From NCBI GenBank assembly GCA_964402065.1, contig CAYOAN010000001.1, forward strand, positions 200,920 to 264,919: DNA of 64,000 nucleotides. Direction: 5' to 3'. The notes below the pieces were generated by a model. That model was not told the origin of the DNA and made no database searches. It saw only the letters and a list, made by a program, of their open reading frames with translations. Source of the stretch: an uncultured Chthoniobacter sp. GTDB lineage: Bacteria; Verrucomicrobiota; Verrucomicrobiia; Chthoniobacterales; UBA6821. The position numbers and the translations under genes are program-made. Positions 19,844 through 29,428 of the stretch are shown here, piece after piece; position 1 is the stretch's first letter, and every line of letters begins with the position of its first letter.

Positions 19844-20539
19844 TTATGGAATGAGTGAGATGAGTCGTATCGGTGCTTCGGTGCCGTTACGTGTTTTAAT
19901 TGGAAGCGCTATGATCCAACTTCCTTTTGCTGGCAGCAGATCTATGTTTGCAATGTTTTCAATGATGTATCGTTCGCTTCCTAAAAATGCTGCATGGACT
20001 GGGTAATCACTTTCAGGCTTGTCAGGAGAGAGGGTATCGATGCCCAGGCCAACAGCTTGTCGTTGAATTAATAGTTCGGCTGCTTTTTGAGAAACAGAAG
20101 GAAAGCGATAATTGTTGTGATATTTTTTTGGCTCTTTCCAAAATTTTTCCCATCCCGTTTTAATAATGACAAAGCTTTTTGGTTCAATCAGGCCATGGGT
20201 TTTTTCAAAAAATTCAATTTCACCTGGTGGCAATAAATAGTGTTCATCAGCGTGCATTGAAACATCAATGACAACACAAGGAGCGACGAGGTTATTAAGA
20301 TCAAGTTGATCAATTGTCTTTTTTCCCAAGCTGCAGTGAGCAGGCGCATCTATGTGCGTACCAATGCCAGCATGCATTTTAAGTTGTTGCACGCGGAAGG
20401 AAATATCAGTTGCTGAATCATAATCAAGTTTGAGTTCTTGATGAAAGCCACAGCTTCCACTCCAAGAAGGAACTGTTTCATCAAGGGTGTGACTCAGGTC
20501 AACGAGCTTGTAAGGGAAAAAAGAGGGTATGGTTTTCAT
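19844..20539 (-). CDS. Cyclase-family protein (kynurenine formamidase-like)
   Basis: 231 aa. HxGTHxDxPxH metal motif (HAGIGTHIDAPAH). Confidence 0.85.
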   Translation of the reverse strand: MKTIPSFFPYKLVDLSHTLDETVPSWSGSCGFHQELKLDYDSATDISFRVQQLKMHAGIGTHIDAPAHCSLGKKTIDQLDLNNLVAPCVVIDVSMHADEHYLLPPGEIEFFEKTHGLIEPKSFVIIKTGWEKFWKEPKKYHNNYRFPSVSQKAAELLIQRQAVGLGIDTLSPDKPESDYPVHAAFLGSERYIIENIANIDLLPAKGSWIIALPIKTRNGTEAPIRLISLIP

Positions 20540-20545
20540 AGGACA

Positions 20546-21061
20546 TTACATAATGACGATGCCTTTTTCCATGGCACGTGCCAATATTTTGGTAGCATCA
20601 GAACTGTAAGGGCGCGTGGAAGCTATTTCGTTGTCATCATCCTCGGGCGTGTCCGTGTTTTTTTTGCTATCATTCTTTTTTTTAAATGGAGGTCGGCGAG
20701 CACCTCTTTGTCCAATGTTAGCAATGATTTGATCCTGGGTTGTGGCTGCTTGTAAGGTGGACTTAGCCGTGTCATCAACGGTGGTGTATTGATTTCCTGG
20801 TGTGGCTTGGCCTGTTGCTGTTGACCCAAAAACAAAAGCTGTTGCATCGTTGGACTGCATTGCATAAGCATCAGGCGCAACAGTGCCTGGTGCTACGCTC
20901 ACACTGGCCTCAGTTCCGCTACTCACGCCTGTCGATGTTTCACCTTGCCCGCCAGTTGGAGGTGTTGAGCTGTTGGAGGGAGAAAATTGATCATTGTTAG
21001 CAGCAAGTGAAGATTGAATCATTTGCGCTGGCGAGATCATGGTGATGGGATGATTAGCCAT
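20546..21061 (-). CDS. Hypothetical low-complexity (S/T/G/A/Q-rich) protein
   Basis: 171-aa ORF, 6 nt upstream of the cyclase gene on the same strand, with a heptad array in front of its ATG. No recognisable domain. Basic/acidic tail ..KKKNDSKKNTDTPEDDDNE.. Confidence 0.55.
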   Translation of the reverse strand: MANHPITMISPAQMIQSSLAANNDQFSPSNSSTPPTGGQGETSTGVSSGTEASVSVAPGTVAPDAYAMQSNDATAFVFGSTATGQATPGNQYTTVDDTAKSTLQAATTQDQIIANIGQRGARRPPFKKKNDSKKNTDTPEDDDNEIASTRPYSSDATKILARAMEKGIVIM

Positions 21062-21082
21062 GATAGAAATTATAGGTTATAG
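21062..21082 (-). promoter_or_regulatory. Heptad array (minus strand: CTATAAC CTATAAT TTCTATC) abutting the ATG
   Basis: AT-rich variant of the heptad motif, read directly. Confidence 0.45.
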
Positions 21083-21193
21083 AAATTTTTATGATGTACC
21101 GAAATCATGATGAGAGTTACGAGCTCTTGCAAAGAGGGTAGATAGTAAAAATTAGTGGTTTTGATAGTTCCTATTTTTTGTGAGGGTGTTGGA

Positions 21194-21916
21194 TCAAAAC
21201 AATCCAGCAATAATGTTGACAACTAACGCAATGATGGAGGTGTTAAAAAGAAACGAGAGTAATCCATGCAATAAAACGAGTCGACGCAATTGATGTTTTG
21301 TGATGCCAACATCAGCTACTTGACAAGTCATTCCAATGACAAAAGAAAAATAGACGAAGTCCCAATAGTCAGGAAATTTTTCTTGGCCAGGAAAAGCAAG
21401 TCCACCTGCAAAGGTTGTCTGATCGCCCTGATTTTCATTTGAAATATTAGAAGGAAGAGCACGATAAAAAAAATGAGCATACAGGCTTGCAAAACGGGTA
21501 TGAACAAAGATCCAAGAGATCGCAATGGTGATTAGCGCAAAAACAATGCTCGCAGAGAGATGAAGAGTAAATTTTTCTTTTACTAAGTTTAATAAGAACC
21601 ACGTCGATAAAACACTAACAATGGCTGCCAGAATAACGACCAAAAAGAAAAAATGACGAGTGTTATCATTGAGGCGAAGCTGCTTTCTAATCTCATAAGG
21701 ATTTTTAGTGAAAATAAATAACCCGGTAAGAGCAATGCTGGTAAAGGCGAATCCATCCCAAGCGACTAGAAAAGGGATTGGAAAGGGAAAGTGTTGTCGC
21801 AATTTAAAAAAAAGAAGTAGCGCTATGAAGCACTCAATCACCCAATATTCATGAAAATGCAAAAAATGATGGGATCGTTTTGTGAGTTGATTTATTTTTT
21901 TGTGTGATAATAACAT
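21194..21916 (-). CDS. DUF1345-like integral membrane protein
   Basis: 240 aa with several TM helices. PDYWDFVYFSFVIGMTCQVADV resembles the DUF1345 signature as I recall it. Confidence 0.65.
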   Translation of the reverse strand: MLLSHKKINQLTKRSHHFLHFHEYWVIECFIALLLFFKLRQHFPFPIPFLVAWDGFAFTSIALTGLFIFTKNPYEIRKQLRLNDNTRHFFFLVVILAAIVSVLSTWFLLNLVKEKFTLHLSASIVFALITIAISWIFVHTRFASLYAHFFYRALPSNISNENQGDQTTFAGGLAFPGQEKFPDYWDFVYFSFVIGMTCQVADVGITKHQLRRLVLLHGLLSFLFNTSIIALVVNIIAGLF

Positions 21917-21933
21917 GAATAGCCTGAACTAGT

Positions 21934-24156
21934 ATGAGATCTGAGCAATTTTTCTCAAAGAATTTTTTTTCGCAGCCTTTGGCTGGCGTAGTCGTATTTT
22001 TAGTTGCACTCCCACTTTCTCTCGGCATTGCATTGACGTCTGGTGCGCCACTTTTTTCAGGACTCTTGGGTGGGATGATTGGAGGACTTGTTGTAGGGGT
22101 ATTAAGCGGTTCACAAGTTAGTATTAGTGGTCCCTCAGCTGCATTAGCTTCGATTGTGGCTCAGCAAATTAGCGAGCTCCATTCTTTTGAAGCATTTTTA
22201 TTAGCACTTTTTTTCGCAGGTATCATTCAGGTTATTGTGGGCTGGGTTCGTGGGGGCTTTATTGCAGAATTTTTTCCTTCGAGTGTGATCAAGGGGTTGC
22301 TCACAGCTACTGGAATTTTGATTGTTCTTAAGCAAATTCCACACTTGATTGGTTATGATCCAGTAGCCTTTGGCGATTCTGCATTTTGGGAATGGGATGG
22401 GAACAATACTTTCAGTGCTATTAAATGCGCTGCCGTTCATTTGCAGTTTGGAGCTTTGTTAGTGGGAAGTCTCTCGCTCTTTTTTTTAATACTCAGTAAT
22501 CGAGTGAAATGGGTAAAAGCCATCCCAATTCCACCTCCTTTATTAGTGGTTGTTGGGGCAGTTGGTGTGAACGAGCTATTGCGCCGTTGGGGGTGTTCTT
22601 GGGAGATTGAGTCGACGCATCTGGTCCAAATTCCAAAAATTGCAACCCCTGCCGTTTTTTTAACAGCACTTCGCTTTCCCGATTTTTCTCAATGGGTACA
22701 ACCTGGAGTTTACACGGCAGCTATTTTCATTGCTATCAGTGCTAGCCTTGAAACGTTATTAAACTTGGAAGCGACTGACAAAATTGATCCTGAACAACGC
22801 GTTAGTCCTCCAAATCGAGAGCTTATTGCGCATGGTGTTGGAAATATGGTTTTAGGTCTTATCGGAGGAATTCCAATTACCAGTGCGATTGTAAGGAGTA
22901 CAGCTAATATCACGGCAGGGGGACGTACCCGCTGGGCAACAATCACGCATGGTGTTTTTCTTTTTGTGTCGATTCTTTTTTTATCCCGGTGGATCAATGA
23001 GATTCCACTTGCTGCCTTGGCTGCGATTTTGGTGATAGTGGGCATGAAACTAGTTCAGCCTCAAGTTGCTCTTAGCCTTTGGCATGAGGGATTGAGTCAA
23101 TTTGCACCATTTGTGGTAACGATCGCAGCGATTATTTTTACGAATTTACTTTTTGGAATTTTAATTGGCCTTGGTGTTGGTCTTCTTTTTTTACTTCATA
23201 ACAATCTTTATCGTCCCATTCATCAAGTGTTAGAACGGCATGCGGCTGGAGATGTCTTGCGTATAGAGTTAGCAAATCAAGTAAGTTTTTTAAATCGGCC
23301 ATCTCTCATGAAGGCTCTGGATGCGGTTCCTTCCAAAAGTCATCTTTTTATTGATGCTCGTGGTACCGATTATATTGACCCTGACATCATCAGTTTAATT
23401 CGTGATTTTCTTCAATCGAAAGCTAAGGTGCGCAATATTACCGTGAGTCTTCTTGGTTTTCAGAAAAAGTATAAACGCATCAAAGATGTTGTTCGCTTTA
23501 TTGACTATTCGACTCGAGAGCTGCAATCCAAGCTGTTGCCAGAGCAGGTGCTGGTAATTATGAAAGAAGGGAATGAGCGCTTCTGGCAAGGACGGCCCTT
23601 ACAGCGCGACCTGCGTCGTCAAATGCAAAAGACATCCGAAGGCCAATACCCTATGGGAGTGATTCTTAGTTGTATTGATAGTCGTGCTCCTGTGGAGATG
23701 ATTTTTGATGCTGGGTTGGGGGATTTTTTTAGCGTTCGGATGGCTGGTCAAGTTGCTAATCATAAGGAGCTCGCCAGCATGGAGTATAGTTGTGTGGTTG
23801 CTGGCGCTAAACTCATCTTAGTCTTGGGGCATAGCTCCTGTGGGGCAGTTGGAGCGGCTCTTGAGTTTTATCAGCAACAAACAACAGCTCAACAAGCTAC
23901 AGGGTGTGAACATCTTGATTCACTTCTTCAGGAGATCCAACAGTCCATCGATCCTTCTACACCAGTGAACTTTTCTTCAGCGGAGGAAAAAAAAATATGG
24001 GTCGATGATTTAGCACGCCGTCACGTTAGCGCAACGATTGGTTTTATTCGTAATGAAAGTTTTTCATTACGTCGCCTTGAAGAAGAGGGAGTGATTAAGA
24101 TCATAGGCGCATTTTATAATGTGAGTACTGGGCGAGTTGAGTTTCTGCGCTCCTAA
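21934..24156 (+). CDS. SulP-family anion transporter fused to a STAS domain and a C-terminal beta-carbonic anhydrase
   Basis: 740 aa. SulP N-terminus (PLAGVVVFLVALPLSLGIA), STAS-like region (LRIELANQVSFLN), beta-CA motifs CIDSR and GHSSCGAV. Confidence 0.9.
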   Translation: MRSEQFFSKNFFSQPLAGVVVFLVALPLSLGIALTSGAPLFSGLLGGMIGGLVVGVLSGSQVSISGPSAALASIVAQQISELHSFEAFLLALFFAGIIQVIVGWVRGGFIAEFFPSSVIKGLLTATGILIVLKQIPHLIGYDPVAFGDSAFWEWDGNNTFSAIKCAAVHLQFGALLVGSLSLFFLILSNRVKWVKAIPIPPPLLVVVGAVGVNELLRRWGCSWEIESTHLVQIPKIATPAVFLTALRFPDFSQWVQPGVYTAAIFIAISASLETLLNLEATDKIDPEQRVSPPNRELIAHGVGNMVLGLIGGIPITSAIVRSTANITAGGRTRWATITHGVFLFVSILFLSRWINEIPLAALAAILVIVGMKLVQPQVALSLWHEGLSQFAPFVVTIAAIIFTNLLFGILIGLGVGLLFLLHNNLYRPIHQVLERHAAGDVLRIELANQVSFLNRPSLMKALDAVPSKSHLFIDARGTDYIDPDIISLIRDFLQSKAKVRNITVSLLGFQKKYKRIKDVVRFIDYSTRELQSKLLPEQVLVIMKEGNERFWQGRPLQRDLRRQMQKTSEGQYPMGVILSCIDSRAPVEMIFDAGLGDFFSVRMAGQVANHKELASMEYSCVVAGAKLILVLGHSSCGAVGAALEFYQQQTTAQQATGCEHLDSLLQEIQQSIDPSTPVNFSSAEEKKIWVDDLARRHVSATIGFIRNESFSLRRLEEEGVIKIIGAFYNVSTGRVEFLRS

Positions 24157-24160
24157 AGTG

Positions 24161-24186
24161 CTCTTTTCAATTTAATGCACTATAGT
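24161..24186 (+). repeat. Family-2 repeat, tail fragment only
   Basis: CTCTTTTCAATTTAATGCACTATAG matches the 3' tail of the family-2 copy at 59548-59672 (CCTTTTCAATTTAATACACTATAA). Confidence 0.5.
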
Positions 24187-24228
24187 TGCGAGGGTGAGTG
24201 GTGGATTACAAAACAGAATAAAAAATTT

Positions 24229-24256
24229 CTGTAACCTGTGCTCCGTAAGCTATAAT
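24229..24256 (+). promoter_or_regulatory. Tandem heptad array (CTGTAAC CTGTGCT CCGTAAG CTATAAT) 8 nt upstream of the ATG
   Basis: Four units. The last unit contains a perfect TATAAT. Confidence 0.55.
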
Positions 24257-24264
24257 CTTCTCGT

Positions 24265-25827
24265 ATGTCTAATATTTCTTCCAAGATTTCTTTTTTTGAA
24301 AAAAAATCTGCCCTTCTATTTTTTGCCCTACTCATCATTGCGGTAACTCTTTTTCGGTTTTGGTATGCCACACAACTCGAATTAATAGGAGATGAGGCTT
24401 ATTATTGGTATTGCTCAAAGCATCTCGATTGGAGTTTTTTTGATAAAGGCCCTGGTGCGGCAGTAACGATTTGGTTAGGAACGCATCTTTTTGGAGATAC
24501 TGTTTTTGGAGTGCGCTTTTTTGCAGTGTTACTCTCAGCCGCAACGGGGATGGCTCTCTTTGCGCTAGCCCGAATGCTTTTTTCACAACGAGCTGCTTGC
24601 TGGACCTTGCTCCTTGCTCTCTTTATGCCGCTTTACGCTGTCGGAAGTATTTTAATGACCATTGATCCATTAAGTATTTTCTTTTGGACCTTGGCAGCGA
24701 TTTCTTTTTGGAAGGCCACAGCGAGCTTTAAAGCAGGTTTTAAAGAAGTTTTCTTTTGGATCTTAACAGGAACTTTTGTTGGGCTGGGAATGCTTGCAAA
24801 ATATACGAACTTAATAGAACTACTTTGCTTTGCGATTTTTTGTTGTTGGAATCGAGAGGAACGGCGGCAATGGAAGAGACCTCATTTTTATCTCATGTTA
24901 GCAACGACCTTGTGTTTTGCATTGCCAATGGTGATTTGGAATATCCAACATCAAGGGATAGGCCTCGTTCATTTAATTCATCGAGGTGATCTTGATCATA
25001 GTTGGAGTATCAAACCAGGAGAATTACTGACTTTTCTTGGGGCACAAGCTGGTGTTATTTCGCCTCTCTTTTTTCTTGGTATGGTCGTGTCTGTTTTTTG
25101 GCCGCAGTGTGATCAAAAACATGAAAAAGCAACATGCTATCTTCGTTCGCTTTTTATACCTCTTTTTGCTTTTTACTCTTTCCTCAGTTTGAATAAAGCA
25201 GCAGAACCAAACTGGACAGCGCCTTGTTATATTGCAGGAATGGTATTACTTGCCGGGAATTGGCCTGTACTACAGCAGCGATGGGCGCTTGCAAAAAAAT
25301 GGATTGTGGCTGCGCTGATGATTGCTACTTTTGAAACGGTCATGTTGCACAATACTTGGTGGCTTCATATGCCGGTCCCAGCAGTCTTGCAAACGAGTAA
25401 AAATCCTGTGGTTCAAAAATTGGTCGAAGCTTATCTCAATGTAGGGGCCGTGGATCCTCTTGATCGCGCTCGTGGCTGGGAGTCATTGGCTCAACACGCA
25501 TTAGAGCTTTCTAAAAAATATAAAACGGACTTTTTTATTTCAGACAATTATCAAATGGCAAGCCTGTTGAGCTTTTACCTTCCAGGGCATCCCGATACTT
25601 ATGAAGCTGACTGGGGACGGATCAAAGACCAGTTTTCAATTTGGCCAGGATTTAAAGAAGGCTACCCTTTAGGAAGCAACGCTCTTTTTATTTTTGAGTG
25701 GCCTTACTCACCTAAAGAAGTCCGCCGTGATTTTACTCAAGTGAAAGAAGTTGATCAAAGCTATTCAATGACAGGCGCTCGACCTGTTAAAAAATATTAC
25801 TATTCAGTCTGTTTCAATTTGAGATGA
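24265..25827 (+). CDS. Family 39 (ArnT/PMT-like, GT-C) glycosyltransferase
   Basis: 520 aa, polytopic. N-terminal GDEAYYWYCSKHLDWSFFDKGPG motif typical of the ArnT/GT39 family. Confidence 0.85.
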   Translation: MSNISSKISFFEKKSALLFFALLIIAVTLFRFWYATQLELIGDEAYYWYCSKHLDWSFFDKGPGAAVTIWLGTHLFGDTVFGVRFFAVLLSAATGMALFALARMLFSQRAACWTLLLALFMPLYAVGSILMTIDPLSIFFWTLAAISFWKATASFKAGFKEVFFWILTGTFVGLGMLAKYTNLIELLCFAIFCCWNREERRQWKRPHFYLMLATTLCFALPMVIWNIQHQGIGLVHLIHRGDLDHSWSIKPGELLTFLGAQAGVISPLFFLGMVVSVFWPQCDQKHEKATCYLRSLFIPLFAFYSFLSLNKAAEPNWTAPCYIAGMVLLAGNWPVLQQRWALAKKWIVAALMIATFETVMLHNTWWLHMPVPAVLQTSKNPVVQKLVEAYLNVGAVDPLDRARGWESLAQHALELSKKYKTDFFISDNYQMASLLSFYLPGHPDTYEADWGRIKDQFSIWPGFKEGYPLGSNALFIFEWPYSPKEVRRDFTQVKEVDQSYSMTGARPVKKYYYSVCFNLR

Positions 25828-25836
25828 ACTTTTCGG

Positions 25837-25936
25837 GTTACCTAGGTTCTGAACCTGTACCACACCTAATACTCGAGGCTTCGAGCACCGGAGTGACGCC
25901 GCAATGTGCAGCTATAGAATTTTTTAAAATGCTCTA
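25837..25936 (-). repeat. Family-1 element, short variant B, inverted
   Basis: The reverse complement reads TAGAGCATTTTAAAAAATTCTATAGCTGCACATTGCGGCGTCACTCCGGTGCTCGAAGCCTCGAGTAT...AGGTTCAGAACCTAGGTAAC. Lies 10 nt after the GT39 stop. Confidence 0.8.
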
Positions 25937-25986
25937 GCTATGTAGTCAACTTACTTAGAGATTACAACAAGCTGACGTGATCTTAG

Positions 25987-26100
25987 TTAGGAAAAAGCAG
26001 CGTTCTCATCCCATCACGTTATCGTTGAGATAGCGCTCGGTCTTCGGTCTCGCCTTTTCTAAAGGGCTCTGCGTTCCTTCCTGTCATTGCTAAGTAATTT
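25987..26100 (+). repeat. Family-2 dispersed repeat
   Basis: TTAGGAAAAAGCAGCGTTCTCAT..CACGTTATCGTTGAGATAGCGCTCGGTCTTCGGTCTCGCC. Aligns with 59548-59672 and 29162-29280. Confidence 0.65.
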
Positions 26101-26102
26101 GA

Positions 26103-27272
26103 CTATAAAGCTTCTGCAGCAGCATTTGCACTAGCCCAAGCCCATTGGAAGTTGTAACCACCGAGCCAGCCAGTTACATCAATGACTTCGCCTATAAAGT
26201 AAAGTCCAGGAATGCGACGTGACTCCATTGTTTTGGAGGAAAGTTCAGAAGTGGAAACCCCACCGCAGGTCACTTCGGCTTTTGGATAGCCTTCGCTTCC
26301 TGAAAAGCGCATAGGCCAATGATGAAGCATTTCCAGGAAATAAGAAAATTCTTGATCACTGCATTGGTGAGCGGATTTAGAAAAGTGATGTCGTTGGCAC
26401 CAGGCCTCAGCAAAACGCCGAGGAAGATAATGGCTCAAAATATTAGGTAGTAGAGCATGACTCTTTCTTTCTTGAGCTAGTTGAGAAGAGGCTGTTGGGT
26501 TGGGGAGTAAGTCAAAAACAAGTTCTTCACCAGGCTCCCATGTCGAAGAAATTTGTAGTATAGCAGGGCCGCTAACGCCACGATGGGTGAATAAGAGGGC
26601 CTCTTCAAATGTGACGCTACGATACGTTACAGATACTGGCAGTGAAACGCCGGCTAAGTCGTTGCAAAAATGGCGGTCTGTTGACATGAACGTTAATGGT
26701 ACAAGACCTGGTCGTAATGTTGTCACTGCTATGCCAAATTGTTGCGCAATGCGATATCCAAAATCAGTCGACCCAAGTTTAGGGAAAGAGAGCCCTCCTG
26801 TAGCAATCACAAGAGAATCAGCGGTGAAAGAGCCTCTGGAGGTGAGGAGATGAAAGGAAGTAGTTTCTTTCCGAACTTTTTGAACGCGACAGGAAGTCAT
26901 GATCTCAACCCCTTTTGCATGGCACTCGCGCAATAACATCTCAATAATTTCACGAGAGCTTGAATCACAAAACTGTTGGCCTAATTTTTTTTCGTGATAA
27001 GCGATTCCATGCTTTTCTACGAGAGATATGAAGTCCCAAGGAGAATAACGAGCCAATGCTGACTTGCAGAAGTTAGGGTTTTCAGAGAGGTAATTTTCAG
27101 CGTTGGCATGAATATTTGTAAAATTACAACGGCCACCACCAGAAATGCCGATCTTTTTTCCGACGCGATCATTGTGTTCTAATAAAAGAACCTGATGCCC
27201 TCGGTGAGCCGCTTGGAAAGAGCAAAAGAGGCCTGCTGCGCCAGCTCCAATAATGATAACATCGAAATGCAT
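26103..27272 (-). CDS. HI0933/YhiN (BaiN-like) family flavoprotein
   Basis: FDVIIIGAGAAGLFCS dinucleotide fold, GGGRCNFTN, GGYNFQWAWASA. ATG 27272 (MHFDVIIIG) is preferred. The track extension to 27416 would overlap the divergent helicase gene. Confidence 0.9.
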   Translation of the reverse strand: MHFDVIIIGAGAAGLFCSFQAAHRGHQVLLLEHNDRVGKKIGISGGGRCNFTNIHANAENYLSENPNFCKSALARYSPWDFISLVEKHGIAYHEKKLGQQFCDSSSREIIEMLLRECHAKGVEIMTSCRVQKVRKETTSFHLLTSRGSFTADSLVIATGGLSFPKLGSTDFGYRIAQQFGIAVTTLRPGLVPLTFMSTDRHFCNDLAGVSLPVSVTYRSVTFEEALLFTHRGVSGPAILQISSTWEPGEELVFDLLPNPTASSQLAQERKSHALLPNILSHYLPRRFAEAWCQRHHFSKSAHQCSDQEFSYFLEMLHHWPMRFSGSEGYPKAEVTCGGVSTSELSSKTMESRRIPGLYFIGEVIDVTGWLGGYNFQWAWASANAAAEAL

Positions 27273-27335
27273 CTCTTTTTTATAGGGATCTTTTTTCAAT
27301 AAGCGACATTTTCTTTGTGTTCTTTGTCTTCTTTT

Positions 27336-28919
27336 ATGGCTATTAATCAACGGATGGAAAAACGTACGTTCGAGGCGCTCGGCCTCTCTCCCGAGATGAT
27401 GAAGGCTATTGCGCAACTTGGCTTTGAAGAAGCTTCACCTATTCAAACAGCAGCTATACCTGTTTTGATGTCTGGATCTGATGTTGTTGGACAGTCTCAA
27501 ACCGGCTCTGGAAAGACGGCTGCATTTGCGATCCCTGCAATTGAAAAAATTGATCCAGCTAAAAAAGGAGTTCAAGTTTTAGTCCTTTGTCCAACACGAG
27601 AGTTAGCTACACAAGTAGCAGACGAGGTTTACAAATTGACAGCTTTCAAGCGAAACATTCATTGCGTGCCCATCTATGGCGGAGCTTCATATGAGCGTCA
27701 GCTTTTTGAATTGAAGAAAGGAGTTCAGATTGTGATTGGTACTCCAGGTCGTGTAATGGACCATTTGGAGAGGGGTACTTTAAAGTTAGATCAACTCCAA
27801 GTTGTTATTTTGGATGAAGCAGATCGCATGCTCGATATGGGATTTCGTGATGACATTCAAACAATTCTTGAAAAAACACCTCCAGAACGACAAACCGTTT
27901 TCTTTTCAGCGACTCTCTCTAAACCGATTCGCGATCTCATTAATCGTTTTTCACATGAGCCACAGACAATCAAAATTGAGCAAAAAGAGTTAGCTGTTCC
28001 AACAATTGAGCAATGGTTTTATGAAATCCCATCGCGCATGAAAGTTGAAACATTAATTCGACTCATTGATTTTCATGAATACAAGTTGGGAATTATTTTT
28101 TGCAACACTCAGCGGATGGTCGATGAATTGGCTGATGCGCTCTTGGCACAAGGCTTTTCAACAGATCGTTTGCACGGTGGTATTGCCCAGGCTCAACGGA
28201 CACGGGTGATGAATAAATTTAAAAATTCCGAATTTGAATTTCTTGTTGCAACCGATGTTGCAGGACGTGGGATTGATGTGGATGCTTTAGAAGTTGTCGT
28301 TAACTATGATCTTCCATACGATCCTGAAGATTATGTCCATCGCATTGGACGTACTGGAAGAGCCGGCAAAAAGGGAGTTGCAATCACCTTTGCAAGTGGC
28401 AGAGACATTTATAAGCTTCAATTTTTGGAACGCTTTACCAAAGCAAAAATTCGCCGTGGGACTATTCCGACTGTGGGAGAGGTTGAGGGAAAGCGTGCTG
28501 AACAGCTTTATGGAAAACTTCTTCAGCAGCTTCAATCAAACTCTTTTAAAAAGCATGATGTCCTCATGGATCGTCTGTTAGAAGAGGGGTATACGTCCAC
28601 CGATATTGGATCAGCGCTCTTTTCAATGTTGTTAGGTGGAGCTTCAGGAGCCTCAAAAAAGCAAACTGCAGAAACATCAACACAGCGTGAGTCACAACAG
28701 TTTTCTTTTGCACAATCTCAGGGAAGTCGAGGCGGTCATCGCGATGATCGTCGTGATGCTTCTCGTGGAAGTCGCAGTTTTAAAGGTGGTGCGAACCGTG
28801 GTGACCGAGGAGAGCGTCGGGGTGGGCCAAGGCATGAGAGTGATTATCGAGCAGAGGCACCTAGAGATCGTTCTTTTAAAAAGGGACCCGTGAGAAAATA
28901 TTCAAAGCCTCAGAGGTAA
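27336..28919 (+). CDS. DEAD-box ATP-dependent RNA helicase with RG-rich C-terminal tail
   Basis: Q-motif (FEEASPIQ), GQSQTGSGKT, PTRELA, DEAD, SAT, HRIGRTGRAG. The tail is rich in RGG/RGD. The start could be ATG 27336 or 27354. Confidence 0.95.
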   Translation: MAINQRMEKRTFEALGLSPEMMKAIAQLGFEEASPIQTAAIPVLMSGSDVVGQSQTGSGKTAAFAIPAIEKIDPAKKGVQVLVLCPTRELATQVADEVYKLTAFKRNIHCVPIYGGASYERQLFELKKGVQIVIGTPGRVMDHLERGTLKLDQLQVVILDEADRMLDMGFRDDIQTILEKTPPERQTVFFSATLSKPIRDLINRFSHEPQTIKIEQKELAVPTIEQWFYEIPSRMKVETLIRLIDFHEYKLGIIFCNTQRMVDELADALLAQGFSTDRLHGGIAQAQRTRVMNKFKNSEFEFLVATDVAGRGIDVDALEVVVNYDLPYDPEDYVHRIGRTGRAGKKGVAITFASGRDIYKLQFLERFTKAKIRRGTIPTVGEVEGKRAEQLYGKLLQQLQSNSFKKHDVLMDRLLEEGYTSTDIGSALFSMLLGGASGASKKQTAETSTQRESQQFSFAQSQGSRGGHRDDRRDASRGSRSFKGGANRGDRGERRGGPRHESDYRAEAPRDRSFKKGPVRKYSKPQR

Positions 28920-28955
28920 AGCTAAGCTTGGCTGTTGCTTCTCCTGTTATTCCAT

Positions 28956-29095
28956 TAGAGTATTTTAAAAACTTCCGTAGCCGTACATGATGTTGTTGTT
29001 CTGCTGAGCGTGTTTGTTTCACTTTCTGCAGCGAGGCTCAGCTTCAACATCTGTCGGGCTTCATTTATTTGGCAGTAAGAATGTAAATGCTTTAA
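28956..29095 (+). repeat. Diverged family-1-like element
   Basis: The left end TAGAGTATTTTAAAAACTTCCGTAGCCG resembles the family-1 TIR. There is an internal GCTGAGC...GCTCAGC palindrome. The right end is poorly defined. Confidence 0.4.
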
Positions 29096-29161
29096 TACAT
29101 TTCTGGCTTTATTTATCACCTATTAAATCAATAAGGGCACTCTACAGACTTGCGCTTTTTG

Positions 29162-29280
29162 CTTAAGAGGGCGTTCTCAGAGCCTACCTTACCGTAAGCT
29201 CGTGCCTCGATCTTCGGACGTGTCCTGAGAAAAAACTTTTGCCTTTCTCTCGCGCTTTTCTCAATTTCATACGCGATAAC
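29162..29280 (+). repeat. Family-2 dispersed repeat (diverged)
   Basis: ..GGGCGTTCTCAG..TCGATCTTCGGACGTGTCCTGAGAAAAAAC..TTTTCTCAATTTCATACGCGATAAC aligns block by block with 59548-59672. Confidence 0.55.
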
Positions 29281-29393
29281 ACCCCTTAGGATTGTAACCA
29301 GCTAGTTGAAATAAGGATGGGCTTTAGGAGTCTCATCTTCAAGATTCTTGCTGAAGAGCCAAGGGTGACCTTGGGAACCCTGGGCGTATCTGG

Positions 29394-29428
29394 TTTAAAC
29401 TTGACAGGGTTACAAGCAATATAATAAT
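29394..29428 (+). promoter_or_regulatory. Candidate sigma70-type promoter of the Rpn gene
   Basis: TTTAAACTTGACA (29394-29406) is the same 13-mer as in both cassette promoters. An A/T-rich -10 candidate AATAAT lies at 29423-29428 (16-nt spacer). The -10 assignment is ambiguous. Confidence 0.35.
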
